A stretch of 64,000 bases of DNA, taken from positions 1 through 64,000 of the forward strand of contig PUMP01000059.1 in assembly GCA_003551425.1 (NCBI GenBank), in the 5' to 3' direction. Of this stretch, positions 36,468-45,496 are shown piece after piece (the stretch's first letter is position 1; each line of letters opens with the position of its first letter). Under the pieces are notes generated by a model. The model was given only the letters and a program-made list of their open reading frames with translations. It was not told the DNA's origin and searched no databases. A program made the position numbers and the translations under genes. Origin of the DNA: Candidatus Nealsonbacteria bacterium. Its GTDB lineage: Bacteria > Patescibacteriota > Minisyncoccia > Minisyncoccales > PWPS01.

Positions 36468-38726
36468 TTAAGAAATTACTTTTTGAAGTTCGTTTGTTAT
36501 TTTTTTTGCAATTTCCGCAAACCTTTCTTCAAGAACTTCACTGTCTTTCTCTTTCTCCATCATTGTTTCTGTCTTCTTTTTTTCTTTCTCCAGAGAGATT
36601 AACTGTTCCTTGTCTTTAAAGCTTTCTTTCTCTTTGCTTAATTTATCTTCTTCTTCCGATATTTGCTTGTACTGTGATTCTATTTTTTTCTGAAGGTTTT
36701 CCATTTCTCTTATCTTTTCCTGGAGCTTCCATTTTAAGCTCTCTATTTCTCTTCTCTTGTCTTCTAGCTGCCATCTCTTCTTTGTCTCATCCTTTCTTTC
36801 TTTTGAGTTAATATCCATTGTCTCTATTTTATCTTCCATCCATCTTATTTGTTCTTCAACCTCGCTCTCATTTTTCATTATATCTCTTAATTTTTCTTCA
36901 CTTTCTTTCTTCCTCTCTTGTAGTTGCCTTTTTTTCTTATCAAGAATTTCTCTTTTTTTCTTAAGCTCTTCTTCCCTTTCTCTTATCTTCTCCCTTCTTC
37001 CCTCCATCTCCATCCACTCCAAAAGCTTAGAGGCAAGATCTTTTTCTTTATCGTGCATATTTTCTTTTTCTTCCATCAATCTATCATATCTTTTCTCCAT
37101 CTCTTTCCTTTCTTTTGTAACATTGTTTAATTTTTCTTGGATGTCCAAAGATTCTTTTTCCACGGCTCTTCTTTTTTCTCCTATTTCCCACCTTTTCTTT
37201 TCCATCTCTCTTACTTCTTGAGGGTCCTTTGCTGTTCTTTCTCTTTCTTCGATATCTTCTTTCTCTTTCTTCATCTGTTTTTCTTTTTCATAAACTTCGT
37301 TGAGCTCTCCTTTGATCTCTCTTTCTTTTTCCAAGGGAGCCTTTAAATCTCTCTTAATCTCTTTCTTTTTTTCTATCGTCTCACAGATAGCGCCTAAAAG
37401 ATCTATTCTGTTTATGACTATCTGTTTTCTGTATCGGGGGTCTCTTAAAAGAAACTCTTTTCTTTTAAGGGAAATGAAGCGCTTTTTCTCTTCAATCTGC
37501 TCTTTCTCTTTTGCTCTTTTTTCCTTTTCTTTGTTTAGGGCATCTTCTGCGGCGGTGGTTCTTTCTTGAAAAGCTTTTTCATTTTGCCGTATCTCTTTTT
37601 TAAGTGACTCTATTTTTTCTTTTAGAGAAGTACTTTTGCCTTCAATTATCTTTATTTTCTCTTTTGTTTTTTTAATTTTTTCCTGCCACTCCCAAGCCTC
37701 TTCTTTGACTTGTTTCTTTTTCTCTTCGATCCTCCATCTTTCACTTTCAAGTTCCTCTAGCTCTTTGCTATCCTCTGTTTTCCCCGTTCTTTCTTTTATG
37801 TCTAAAAATCTTTCCTTTATGTTTTTATCTACTTGGATAATTTTCTTTAACTTGTCTTTTGCTCTTTTTTCACGAGCTTGAAGCAGTCCTATTATTTGTT
37901 CGTAAAAATTATTTTTCTTTTCTAGAAATCTTATTTTGCTTTGAGGTATGAGGATAGAAAGCTTAAGACCCAAAGCCTCTCTTTCCACCTTTATTATCTC
38001 GGCTTTTCTCTTTGCTCTTTCTTCTTTTATATCACAAAGGAGTTGCCTTAACTCAAGAGATTGTATTCCTTTTTTAATTTGAATTATTTTTTCTTCTATT
38101 TCCCAGCTTATTCTACTCGCTTCTCTTTCTTTTCTGCTTATCTCTTCTTCTTTTCTTTCAAGGTCTTCCTGTCTTTCAGGGCTTTGTGCCGCCACTTTCA
38201 TCTCTTTTATCTTTTCTTTTTGCGTCTTTATCTTTGTTTCCTTTGATTTTACAACGCCTTTTTTCTCTTCCAGCTTTATAATGTTCTTTTTTGCAAAGTT
38301 ATTCTTTAGCTCGAGAGATTTTCTTTCTTTTAACACCTCTTCCAGTAGCTGGTTGTTTCTTTCTTGCTCTTGTCTTTTTTCTTCAATTTTTCTTTTGGTT
38401 GCTTCTATTTTATCCTTTACGGACTCTTTTATCCCTTGTCTTGTTTTTTCAATATTTTTTATCCACTCTTCTTTTTCTTCCTTTTCAATCTTTCTTATTT
38501 TATTTTCTTCCTCCAGTCTTGCTTGCCTTTTTTCTTCCTCTTTTCTTTTTTCTTCTTCTCTTATTATTTCTTCTTCTTTCTTTTTGTCTTCTTCACTTTT
38601 CTTTTGCGTTCCTTTCTGCGGGGGTTTGGATTGTTGAGCCACGTCTTTTTTTCCTCCTGTCTTGGCAAGTAAAAGGTCCTTTTTCATCGTCCTAATCTCT
38701 TGTGTGGTGTCTTTATTTTCTTCCAT
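36468..38726 (-). CDS. Giant (752 aa) E/K-rich coiled-coil repeat protein, paralogue of the 33576-36455 protein
   Basis: Same composition and the same W-containing motif ('SERWRIEEKKKQVKEEAWEWQEKI', 'KKRWEIGEKRRAVEKE', 'KKRWQLEDKRREIESLKWKLQEKI'). It lies directly downstream of pnp on the same strand. Confidence 0.6.
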   Translation of the reverse strand: MEENKDTTQEIRTMKKDLLLAKTGGKKDVAQQSKPPQKGTQKKSEEDKKKEEEIIREEEKRKEEEKRQARLEEENKIRKIEKEEKEEWIKNIEKTRQGIKESVKDKIEATKRKIEEKRQEQERNNQLLEEVLKERKSLELKNNFAKKNIIKLEEKKGVVKSKETKIKTQKEKIKEMKVAAQSPERQEDLERKEEEISRKEREASRISWEIEEKIIQIKKGIQSLELRQLLCDIKEERAKRKAEIIKVEREALGLKLSILIPQSKIRFLEKKNNFYEQIIGLLQAREKRAKDKLKKIIQVDKNIKERFLDIKERTGKTEDSKELEELESERWRIEEKKKQVKEEAWEWQEKIKKTKEKIKIIEGKSTSLKEKIESLKKEIRQNEKAFQERTTAAEDALNKEKEKRAKEKEQIEEKKRFISLKRKEFLLRDPRYRKQIVINRIDLLGAICETIEKKKEIKRDLKAPLEKEREIKGELNEVYEKEKQMKKEKEDIEERERTAKDPQEVREMEKKRWEIGEKRRAVEKESLDIQEKLNNVTKERKEMEKRYDRLMEEKENMHDKEKDLASKLLEWMEMEGRREKIREREEELKKKREILDKKKRQLQERKKESEEKLRDIMKNESEVEEQIRWMEDKIETMDINSKERKDETKKRWQLEDKRREIESLKWKLQEKIREMENLQKKIESQYKQISEEEDKLSKEKESFKDKEQLISLEKEKKKTETMMEKEKDSEVLEERFAEIAKKITNELQKVIS

Positions 38727-38734
38727 GGAAAGAA

Positions 38735-40828
38735 TTATTTTTTATCTTCTTTTGCTTTTTTAATGGAAAGGCTTATTTTCCCACTTTCTTCTTTTTTGAT
38801 TACTTTAACGGGGACTACTTGTCCTTTTTCAAGTTCGCTTTCTACTGATTCTATTCGGTGTGGAGCAATTTCTGAGATGTGGCAAAGCCCTTCGTGTCCG
38901 GGGAGAATCTCGATTACAGCACCGAAATCAAATATTTTAATCACCTTTCCTTTGAAGACTTCTCCTTCCTTGACTTCTCGGGTGAGATCTTTGATTCGAG
39001 AAACAGCTTTTTCAATAGCTTCTTCGTTTTCTGAGGTTATGGAGATGAGGCCGGAGTCTTCGATATCAATGGCAACGCCCGTTTCTTCCATGATCTCGTT
39101 TATCGTTTTTCCCTTGGGTCCAATTATGACACCTATTTTCTCTGAATCAACCTTAATGGTCGCGATGCGGGGAGCGTAAGGGGAAAGTTCTTCTCTCGGC
39201 TCTTTGATGGTCTTTCCCATTTCTTCCAGAAGATAAAGACGAGTCTCTTTGCCTCTTTCTAAGGCCTCTTTAATCATCTCTTTTGTAATGCCTTCTATTT
39301 TTACGTCCATCTGAATAGCCGTTACGCCGTCTTTTGTTCCCGCTACTTTAAAATCCATGTCTCCGTAGTGATCTTCGGGACCTTGAATATCGGTAAGTAT
39401 TTTGTACTCTCCTTCTTCATTTGAAACAAGACCGATAGAGATTCCCGCCACGGGCTTTTTAATGGGAACTCCGGCGTCCATAAGGGCAAGAACGGTGCTA
39501 CACACGGAAGCCATGGAAGTGGATCCGTTAGAAGAGAGTATCTCCGAAACGGAACGTATAGTGTAGGGAAACTCTTCTATATCGGGGATAAGAGGAAGAA
39601 TCGCTTTTTCCGCAAGCATGCCATGGCCGATATCTCTTCTTCCCGGTCCACGAACGGGCTTTACTTCTCCTACCGAGTAGGGAGGGAAGTTATAGTGATG
39701 CATAAAGCGTTTTTTCCCGGAAAGCTCCATCTCTTCGATTAGTTGCTGCTCTCCCGGAGCTCCTAGGGTTATAATGGAAAGTGACCTGGTTTTTCCTCTT
39801 CTAAAGATTCCCGAGCCGTGAGTACGGGGAAGAATAGCAACGGCGGTGCCTATCTCTCGCACCTCGTTCATTTTTCTTGCATCGGGACGATCTTCTTCTT
39901 TTAATATCTTCTCTCTTATTATTTCTTCTATCTTTTCGTCCATATAGGAGAGGGCGTAATCTTTTTCTTTGTCCTCGTAATTTTCTTTTATAAAAAGGGA
40001 GAGGTCTTTTTTAAGGGATTTTATTTTATCTCCTCTTCCTTCTTTCTTCGCAAAGACATCGCTCATTCCTTCCTTAACTTTTTCCGCGACCACTTTCTTT
40101 ACTTCTTCGTCTTGGAAAAGAGGGGGAGGCATAATCTTTTCTTTACCTTTTTCTTTCCTTATTTTCTCTTGAAAAGAGCAGATCTGTTTTATTGGATCTT
40201 CTGCAAACTGAAAAGCATCTTCTATCGCTTTTTCTTCTGTCTCTTCAAAGAAACCCTCTATCATATTGGTTATGAGAACTCCTTCTTTATTGATAAAGCC
40301 ACTTATTATTATATCTATCTCTCCTTCGTCTCTTTCCAAGTAAGTGGGATTTAAGATGTGATTTTCTTTTTTACCCACTCTTATCGATCCAAGGGGTCCG
40401 TTCCAGGGAATATCGGATACTTCGAGAGCAACGGAAGCAGCGATCATTCCCAAAACACCCGGATCGTTTTCTTCATCCCAAGAAAGGCAAGTTACAATTA
40501 CTTGTACTTCTTTCTTTAGTTCTTTGGGAAACTTGGGGCGAATAGCACGATCGATCATGCGAGAGATTAAAGTTGCTCTGTCGGAAGGCTTTCCCTCTCT
40601 TCTTGTATAGCGAGGACCGCTTATCTTCCCGGCGGCGTAAAATTTTTCCTCGTAGCTTACCGAAAGCGGAAAGAAATCTTTTTCCGTGTCTTCTTCGGCA
40701 AGAGTTACGGTGGCGAAGACGACCGTATCTCCGTAACGGACCATAGCCTCACCGTTTGCTTGTTCTGCTAAGCTGCTTAAAGAGATAATCAAATTACGAT
40801 TTCCCAGTGGTAGATTGTATTCATTCAT
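38735..40828 (-). CDS. pnp: Polyribonucleotide nucleotidyltransferase (PNPase)
   Basis: Two RNase PH domains plus KH ('IGPKGKTINEI') and S1 ('GEVFKGKVIKIFDFGAVIEI') domains, ~700 aa, downstream of rpsO. Confidence 0.9.
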   Translation of the reverse strand: MNEYNLPLGNRNLIISLSSLAEQANGEAMVRYGDTVVFATVTLAEEDTEKDFFPLSVSYEEKFYAAGKISGPRYTRREGKPSDRATLISRMIDRAIRPKFPKELKKEVQVIVTCLSWDEENDPGVLGMIAASVALEVSDIPWNGPLGSIRVGKKENHILNPTYLERDEGEIDIIISGFINKEGVLITNMIEGFFEETEEKAIEDAFQFAEDPIKQICSFQEKIRKEKGKEKIMPPPLFQDEEVKKVVAEKVKEGMSDVFAKKEGRGDKIKSLKKDLSLFIKENYEDKEKDYALSYMDEKIEEIIREKILKEEDRPDARKMNEVREIGTAVAILPRTHGSGIFRRGKTRSLSIITLGAPGEQQLIEEMELSGKKRFMHHYNFPPYSVGEVKPVRGPGRRDIGHGMLAEKAILPLIPDIEEFPYTIRSVSEILSSNGSTSMASVCSTVLALMDAGVPIKKPVAGISIGLVSNEEGEYKILTDIQGPEDHYGDMDFKVAGTKDGVTAIQMDVKIEGITKEMIKEALERGKETRLYLLEEMGKTIKEPREELSPYAPRIATIKVDSEKIGVIIGPKGKTINEIMEETGVAIDIEDSGLISITSENEEAIEKAVSRIKDLTREVKEGEVFKGKVIKIFDFGAVIEILPGHEGLCHISEIAPHRIESVESELEKGQVVPVKVIKKEESGKISLSIKKAKEDKK

Positions 40829-41336
40829 TTCCTTTTTTCTTTAATAAAAATTTTTTTGTACTCTTTTCTAAATCTATGAATTCGTCCGCTACCTCTTTCA
40901 GTTTTGCGGAAGCGGACCTTTCAAAGGCCATTATTTCCACTCTTTTTCCTTGATTTTTCAGGTATTCTACGAGGGGAATAAAATCACCATCACCCGTGAC
41001 AAGAACGATAGAGTCTACTGCAGGGGACAAGCGAACGGCGTCTATTACAATTCCAACGTCCCAGTCTCCTTTTTTGAATCCTCCGTAGAATTCTTGTAAG
41101 TCTTTTATCCTTGTTTCTATTCCTAAATTAGTGAGAGCTTCGAAAAAAGCCTTTTCTTCGCCGGTCTTGGTCCTTATTACATAAGCAAAAGAGCGAATAA
41201 GGTTTCTTTTGCTTACTGCCTTCTCCACTATTGCGCTAAAATCAACACGTGAGTTATAGAGATTTTTTGCCGAGTGATAAAGGTTTTGCACATCGATGAA
41301 AATTGCGACGCGCTGACCTTTGTGTTTAATAAGCAT
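40821..41336 (-). CDS. NYN/LabA-like (DUF88) domain protein inserted between rpsO and pnp
   Basis: 'VAIFIDVQNLYHSAK' (the Asp of the NYN/PIN-like fold) ... 'IVLVTGDGDFIPLVEYLKNQGKRVEI', the typical LabA/NYN signature. It overlaps pnp by 8 nt. Confidence 0.7.
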   Translation of the reverse strand: MLIKHKGQRVAIFIDVQNLYHSAKNLYNSRVDFSAIVEKAVSKRNLIRSFAYVIRTKTGEEKAFFEALTNLGIETRIKDLQEFYGGFKKGDWDVGIVIDAVRLSPAVDSIVLVTGDGDFIPLVEYLKNQGKRVEIMAFERSASAKLKEVADEFIDLEKSTKKFLLKKKGNE

Positions 41337-41337
41337 G

Positions 41338-41592
41338 TTATTTTTTTAAGCCCAGTTTTTGAGTGAGCTTATTGTATCTTTCTTCGTCTTTTTTACGCAG
41401 ATAAGAAAGAAGCTTTCTCCTTCTATTAACGGCTTTCAAAAGCCCTTGCTTGGAGTGCTGATCTTTCGGGTTCTCCTTAAAATGAGGAAAGAGTTTTTTT
41501 ATCTTTGCCGAAAGTAAAGCGATTTGAGCTTCCGAACTGCCGGTATCTTTGTATTCTTTTAATATTTCTTCTTTTTCTTCTTTGGTAAGCAT
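41338..41592 (-). CDS. rpsO: 30S ribosomal protein S15
   Basis: '[57 protein letters not shown]' is the uS15 consensus. Confidence 0.9.
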   Translation of the reverse strand: MLTKEEKEEILKEYKDTGSSEAQIALLSAKIKKLFPHFKENPKDQHSKQGLLKAVNRRRKLLSYLRKKDEERYNKLTQKLGLKK

Positions 41593-41619
41593 ATTTTTAA
41601 GATTAATTTATCTCTCTAG

Positions 41620-41692
<73 letters not shown>

Positions 41693-41709
41693 AAATCAAA
41701 CAAAGCAGC

Positions 41710-42222
41710 TTAATCTTCTTCTATCGTACAATCTATTTTATAAATCCCCTCATCCCACCAGTCTTCAAACCCCCAGCTGTCTTCTTCCGTCATTCCCATA
41801 CCTTCAAGAATAAGCCCTACTGTGACCCATGCGGTGTAAGCGATAAGAACGCCGGCGATAGCTACAAGGATAACAGTTCTTCCTTTTTTATATCCCTCGG
41901 GATTGGCAGAGTTCGTATAAAGCGTGATTCCACCGAAGATTATAAGGATAATGGCGGCTGCGGGAATCATTCTTGTCATAAAGAAATCGACTACATTGCC
42001 GAAAATTACAAACAAGTGGCATAACTGACAGTCCGGCAAATGATCTTCGGGTCCGCAAGGAACAAGCCCGACACTGACATCATAACATGTACTGTCATGC
42101 CAATGATATCCTGCCTCTTCACACTCTTCTTTGGTGTTAAGGCCCTCAACCTCGTAATTTGCCAAGGCAAGAAGGGGAAGAGCCATGAAAAGAAGAACAA
42201 CTATCAATATCCTTTTTAGCAT
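41710..42222 (-). CDS. Small secreted Cys-rich protein with the same C-terminal two-helix pilin-like membrane module found in the M23 giant protein
   Basis: Signal peptide 'MLKRILIVVLLFMALPLLALA'. 'VGLVPCGPEDHLPDCQLCHLFVIFGNVVDFFMTRMIPAAAIILIIFGGITLY...ILVAIAGVLIAYTAWVTVGLILEGMGM' aligns with the C-terminus of the 26874-29972 protein (VGLVPCG identical, with conserved C, H and helix spacing). Confidence 0.55.
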   Translation of the reverse strand: MLKRILIVVLLFMALPLLALANYEVEGLNTKEECEEAGYHWHDSTCYDVSVGLVPCGPEDHLPDCQLCHLFVIFGNVVDFFMTRMIPAAAIILIIFGGITLYTNSANPEGYKKGRTVILVAIAGVLIAYTAWVTVGLILEGMGMTEEDSWGFEDWWDEGIYKIDCTIEED

Positions 42223-42285
42223 TTGGTAATTATAATCTTTTTTAACAAAAAATCAAAGGGCGCTTTTTCTAAAGGCTTAACTTTG

Positions 42286-42359
42286 TACCCCGGGAGGGAT
42301 TCGAACCCCCAACCTGCGGTTCCGAAGACCGACGCTCTATCCAGTTGAGCTACCGGGGC
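42286..42359 (-). tRNA. tRNA-Arg (TCG)
   Basis: On the reverse complement: acceptor gccccgg/ccggggt, D-arm tagctcaactggatagagc, anticodon stem tcggt/accgc with loop ctTCGga, T-arm ggggg-ttcgaat-ccctc. Confidence 0.75.
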
Positions 42360-42421
42360 ATTATCCGTTAATTCTACAAGTTGTAATTGAAAAAAACAAG
42401 CGTTTAAGCTACAATAAACTG

Positions 42422-43870
42422 ATGCAAATTCCGGAAATAATAAGGGGAATAATAAAAAAACTGGAAGATAACGGGTTTGAAGGATATATGGTAGGAGGGT
42501 GTGTTCGCGATATTTTACTCGGGAAAGCTCCCGAGGACTTTGATATTGCGACGGACGCGAAACCGCAAGAGATAGAAAAATTGTTCAAGAAGAGTTTTTC
42601 GGACAATAACTTCGGAACAGTTACCGTAATATCGGATACGGAAGAAAAAAGCCTGCGGGAGGTTCAAATCACTCCTTATCGCACGGAAAGGGAATATAAG
42701 GACAAGAGACACCCGGAGAAGGTATTTTTTACAAAGAATATAAAGGAAGATCTAAAAAGGAGAGATTTTACCATCAATGCGATGGCGATGAGCAAAGAAG
42801 AAGAGATCATCGACCCCTATAACGGAAGAGAAGACTTGAAAAATAAAATAATAAGGGCGGTAGGAAGCCCCGAAGAAAGGCTTGCCGAAGACGCTTTGCG
42901 ACTTATGCGTGTGGTGAGATTCGCTTCCACTTTGAATTTCTCCATTGAAAAGAACACAAAAGAAGCGGTTAAAAACAATGCTGATCTTTTGCAAAAAATA
43001 TCGAAAGAAAGAATAAGGGACGAGTTTGTAAAGATTGTAATGGCGGAAAAGGCGGCGGAAGGGGTAGAAGAGCTCCGCCGCATGGGACTTTTAGGGCATT
43101 TTCTTCCCGAATTGCTTGAGGGTTATAAGGTGGCACAAAACAAGCACCATATTTATGATTGTTACGAACATGCCATTGAGTCTCTAAGATATGCCGCTAA
43201 GAAAGGCTTCGGTATGCACGTAAGAATGGCTGCTCTTTTGCACGATATAGGAAAGCCGAGAGTAAAAAGAGGAGAGGGAGAGGATGCTGTTTTTTACAAT
43301 CATGAAATTGTCGGGGCAAAAATAACAAAAGAAATTTTAAAGAGACTTAAATTTAAACGTAAGGACATAGAAAAGATCGTTCTTTTGGTGCGCTATCATC
43401 TGTTTTACTATAATGTGGGAGAGGTCTCCGAAAGTTCCGTAAGAAGGCTTCTTAGAAAAGTGGGGAAAGAAAATATGGAAGAACTTTTAGAGGTAAGAAT
43501 GGCGGACAGAATAGGTTCCGGGGTTCCGAAAGCGGAGCCGTACAAATTGCGTCACATGCGCTATCTTATTGACAAAGTATCGCAAGATCCGATAAATGTT
43601 AACATGCTTCAAGTGGGAGGAGAGGACGTGATGGAGATAATGAATACCTCCCCCGGAAAAATAATCGGGGAAGTATTGTATATATTACTGCTTAAGGTGA
43701 TAGATAGCCCTGAAAGAAATAAGAAAGATATATTAAGGGAAGAAATAAGAAGAATGAAAGACTGGAGCGGGGATACAATAGAAAAAGAATCCTGGAAAGC
43801 AAAAGAAGAAATAAATAAAATGGAAACAAAGCGCGACGAGATGACGAAAAAGAAGTACTGGGTTACGTAA
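42422..43870 (+). CDS. cca: CCA-adding tRNA nucleotidyltransferase (PolyA_pol head + HD domain)
   Basis: 'GYMVGGCVRDILLGK.PEDFDIAT' and 'RRDFTINAMA' (nucleotidyltransferase head), followed by HD 'LLHDIGKP'. Confidence 0.85.
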   Translation: MQIPEIIRGIIKKLEDNGFEGYMVGGCVRDILLGKAPEDFDIATDAKPQEIEKLFKKSFSDNNFGTVTVISDTEEKSLREVQITPYRTEREYKDKRHPEKVFFTKNIKEDLKRRDFTINAMAMSKEEEIIDPYNGREDLKNKIIRAVGSPEERLAEDALRLMRVVRFASTLNFSIEKNTKEAVKNNADLLQKISKERIRDEFVKIVMAEKAAEGVEELRRMGLLGHFLPELLEGYKVAQNKHHIYDCYEHAIESLRYAAKKGFGMHVRMAALLHDIGKPRVKRGEGEDAVFYNHEIVGAKITKEILKRLKFKRKDIEKIVLLVRYHLFYYNVGEVSESSVRRLLRKVGKENMEELLEVRMADRIGSGVPKAEPYKLRHMRYLIDKVSQDPINVNMLQVGGEDVMEIMNTSPGKIIGEVLYILLLKVIDSPERNKKDILREEIRRMKDWSGDTIEKESWKAKEEINKMETKRDEMTKKKYWVT

Positions 43871-43872
43871 GG

Positions 43873-44358
43873 CTATCCATTTTCAGGATAGTAGCTCCAA
43901 GAGATATATGTGGCAGTAACTTCATCTACAAAGGAGTCTTCTTCGATGTCGACATAAACTGCAATTATATGATCTTCTTTAACATAATCAAAAGCGGGTA
44001 ACCCTTCTTTTTCTTCTGGCAGGTCTACGTAGTGCGTATAGGTATCGTCAATAAATTCTGTCTCTTCGGTTACATTCACTTTGACATTTATTCTTTCATA
44101 GGTGTCTTCTTCCAGCTCCATTATTTCTTCTTCGGGCGTTCCCTCAAACTGTCTTGTGTCTATGGTTTCCATGATAAAATAATCTTCTCCGAGAGAGACA
44201 ACAAATCCCCTGGTGAGGGAAAGAAAGTACTCTATCTCTTCATCGGACATATCCTTTTTTATATTAGGCTCTTCTTCAGGTTTTTCAAACCAAAGAAGAA
44301 AGAGCAAGGTGATAAGCAGTATTAATAAAAAAATTATTGTTACTCTGGTTTTATTCAT
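43873..44358 (-). CDS. Hypothetical N-terminally anchored acidic protein
   Basis: N-terminal TM 'VTIIFLLILLITLLFLLWF'. No recognisable motifs. Confidence 0.4.
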   Translation of the reverse strand: MNKTRVTIIFLLILLITLLFLLWFEKPEEEPNIKKDMSDEEIEYFLSLTRGFVVSLGEDYFIMETIDTRQFEGTPEEEIMELEEDTYERINVKVNVTEETEFIDDTYTHYVDLPEEKEGLPAFDYVKEDHIIAVYVDIEEDSFVDEVTATYISWSYYPENG

Positions 44359-44466
44359 ATTGCTTTACTTAAGATTATAAAACTTTTTATCATTCTTTAA
44401 TATTTATGACTTTCTGTCAAGCAAAAGGGTTGATATAATTGTAAGTTATAATAGAATTAAGCAAGT

Positions 44467-45402
44467 ATGTCTCTAGTAATAAATGCGACAATTCCGGAAG
44501 GCATCATTTTGGCCGCGGACAGCAGGCAGTCTTTTCGTAATCGCAAAGGAATGGCTCGCATCGGTTCCGATAACGCTTCGAAGATTTTTCAAATTAATAG
44601 CAAAGTGGGTGTTGGCGTTACCGGACTTGCTTTTTTGCCGGAAGACGGAGTAATGAAGAATATCAGTAAATTCATTGATGTTTTTAAGCATAAAACGGAG
44701 ACAGAAGATATGACCGTACAAGAGATCGCTGAAAAGCTGCACTTTCTTTTCAGTAAAAAATATGATTATAAGAGGCAACTAAGAAGAATAACGGAAAAAG
44801 TGGAGAATGATCTTAAAAGACAAGGGGCTGAAATCATAGAGAAAAAAGAGAATGAAGAATTTACAATAATTCGTTTTAAAGACGCCGAGGAGAGAGAAAA
44901 AGAGACCAGGGTCGGAGTTGATATGATAAAACTTATGGTCTCCGGGTATAACAGTGACGGAAACCATGAAGTTTATACCTGCCATATTCCGGGCAAAGTT
45001 CAAAAAGTAAGAGATGGAAATGAAAAAGGGAAAGAGTATGGGTCTTCGTGGATAGGGCAAACAGATGTGGTTTCAAGAATTGTTTTAGGTTTTGACGGTA
45101 GAGTCGGTAACCTTGATTTTGTAAGTAAAGCGGTACAAGAGAAAGGCAAAGAAGAGATCAATAAACAACTAAGAAATTTAGAGTATGTTATCCAGTGGGG
45201 GACGATGACAGTGCAAGATGCGGTTGATTTTTGTGTTCTTATGGTTCAGAGTACTTCTGCTATTCAACGGTTCTCAGACGGAATAAAGGGCGATCCGGGA
45301 GATATGCCCGGTGTCGGAGGGCCCGTTGACGTGGCTGTTATTACCCCGGAGAAAGGATTTGTTTGGGTAAAAAGAAAAAAGATAAACGTTGAAGAGGACT
45401 AA
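44467..45402 (+). CDS. Proteasome beta-subunit-like Ntn hydrolase (Anbu/BPH-like homologue) with a charged insertion
   Basis: N-terminal 'TIPEGIILAADSRQS' (proteasome-type 'T..GxxxxAADxRxS' with a candidate nucleophile Thr after a short propeptide). The C-terminal 'TMTVQDAVDFCVLMVQ...GVGGPVDVAVITPEKG' matches the beta-subunit 'sGG.idv.vI' region. Confidence 0.4.
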   Translation: MSLVINATIPEGIILAADSRQSFRNRKGMARIGSDNASKIFQINSKVGVGVTGLAFLPEDGVMKNISKFIDVFKHKTETEDMTVQEIAEKLHFLFSKKYDYKRQLRRITEKVENDLKRQGAEIIEKKENEEFTIIRFKDAEEREKETRVGVDMIKLMVSGYNSDGNHEVYTCHIPGKVQKVRDGNEKGKEYGSSWIGQTDVVSRIVLGFDGRVGNLDFVSKAVQEKGKEEINKQLRNLEYVIQWGTMTVQDAVDFCVLMVQSTSAIQRFSDGIKGDPGDMPGVGGPVDVAVITPEKGFVWVKRKKINVEED

Positions 45403-45416
45403 GAAGGCGGGCCGTG

Positions 45417-45492
45417 GTGTAACGGCTAACATGCACGATTCGGGTTCGTGTGATTCCGGGTTCGAATCCCGGCGGCCCGACCACGATGGGCC
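45417..45492 (+). tRNA. tRNA-Pro (CGG), with an encoded CCA
   Basis: Acceptor cgggccg/cggcccg, anticodon stem cacga/tcgtg with loop ttCGGgt, T-arm ccggg-ttcgaat-cccgg, ending aCCA. Confidence 0.8.
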
Positions 45493-45496
45493 CATA

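Noticed and set aside
33601-38695. Many plus-strand ORFs (60-254 aa) rich in Ser, Phe and Leu, listed in the six-frame track across 33.6-38.7 kb
   Set aside because: They are the antisense reading of the GAA/AAA-rich coiled-coil genes (a TTC/TTT-rich strand). They are low-complexity with no starts in sensible context, and are fully contained within the long minus-strand ORFs.
33576-38726. Possibility that the highly repetitive 33.5-38.7 kb region is a CRISPR array or non-coding tandem repeat
   Set aside because: There are no regularly spaced direct repeats with unique spacers. The repeats are imperfect and maintain two long uninterrupted reading frames with coherent coiled-coil heptads, so they are protein-coding.
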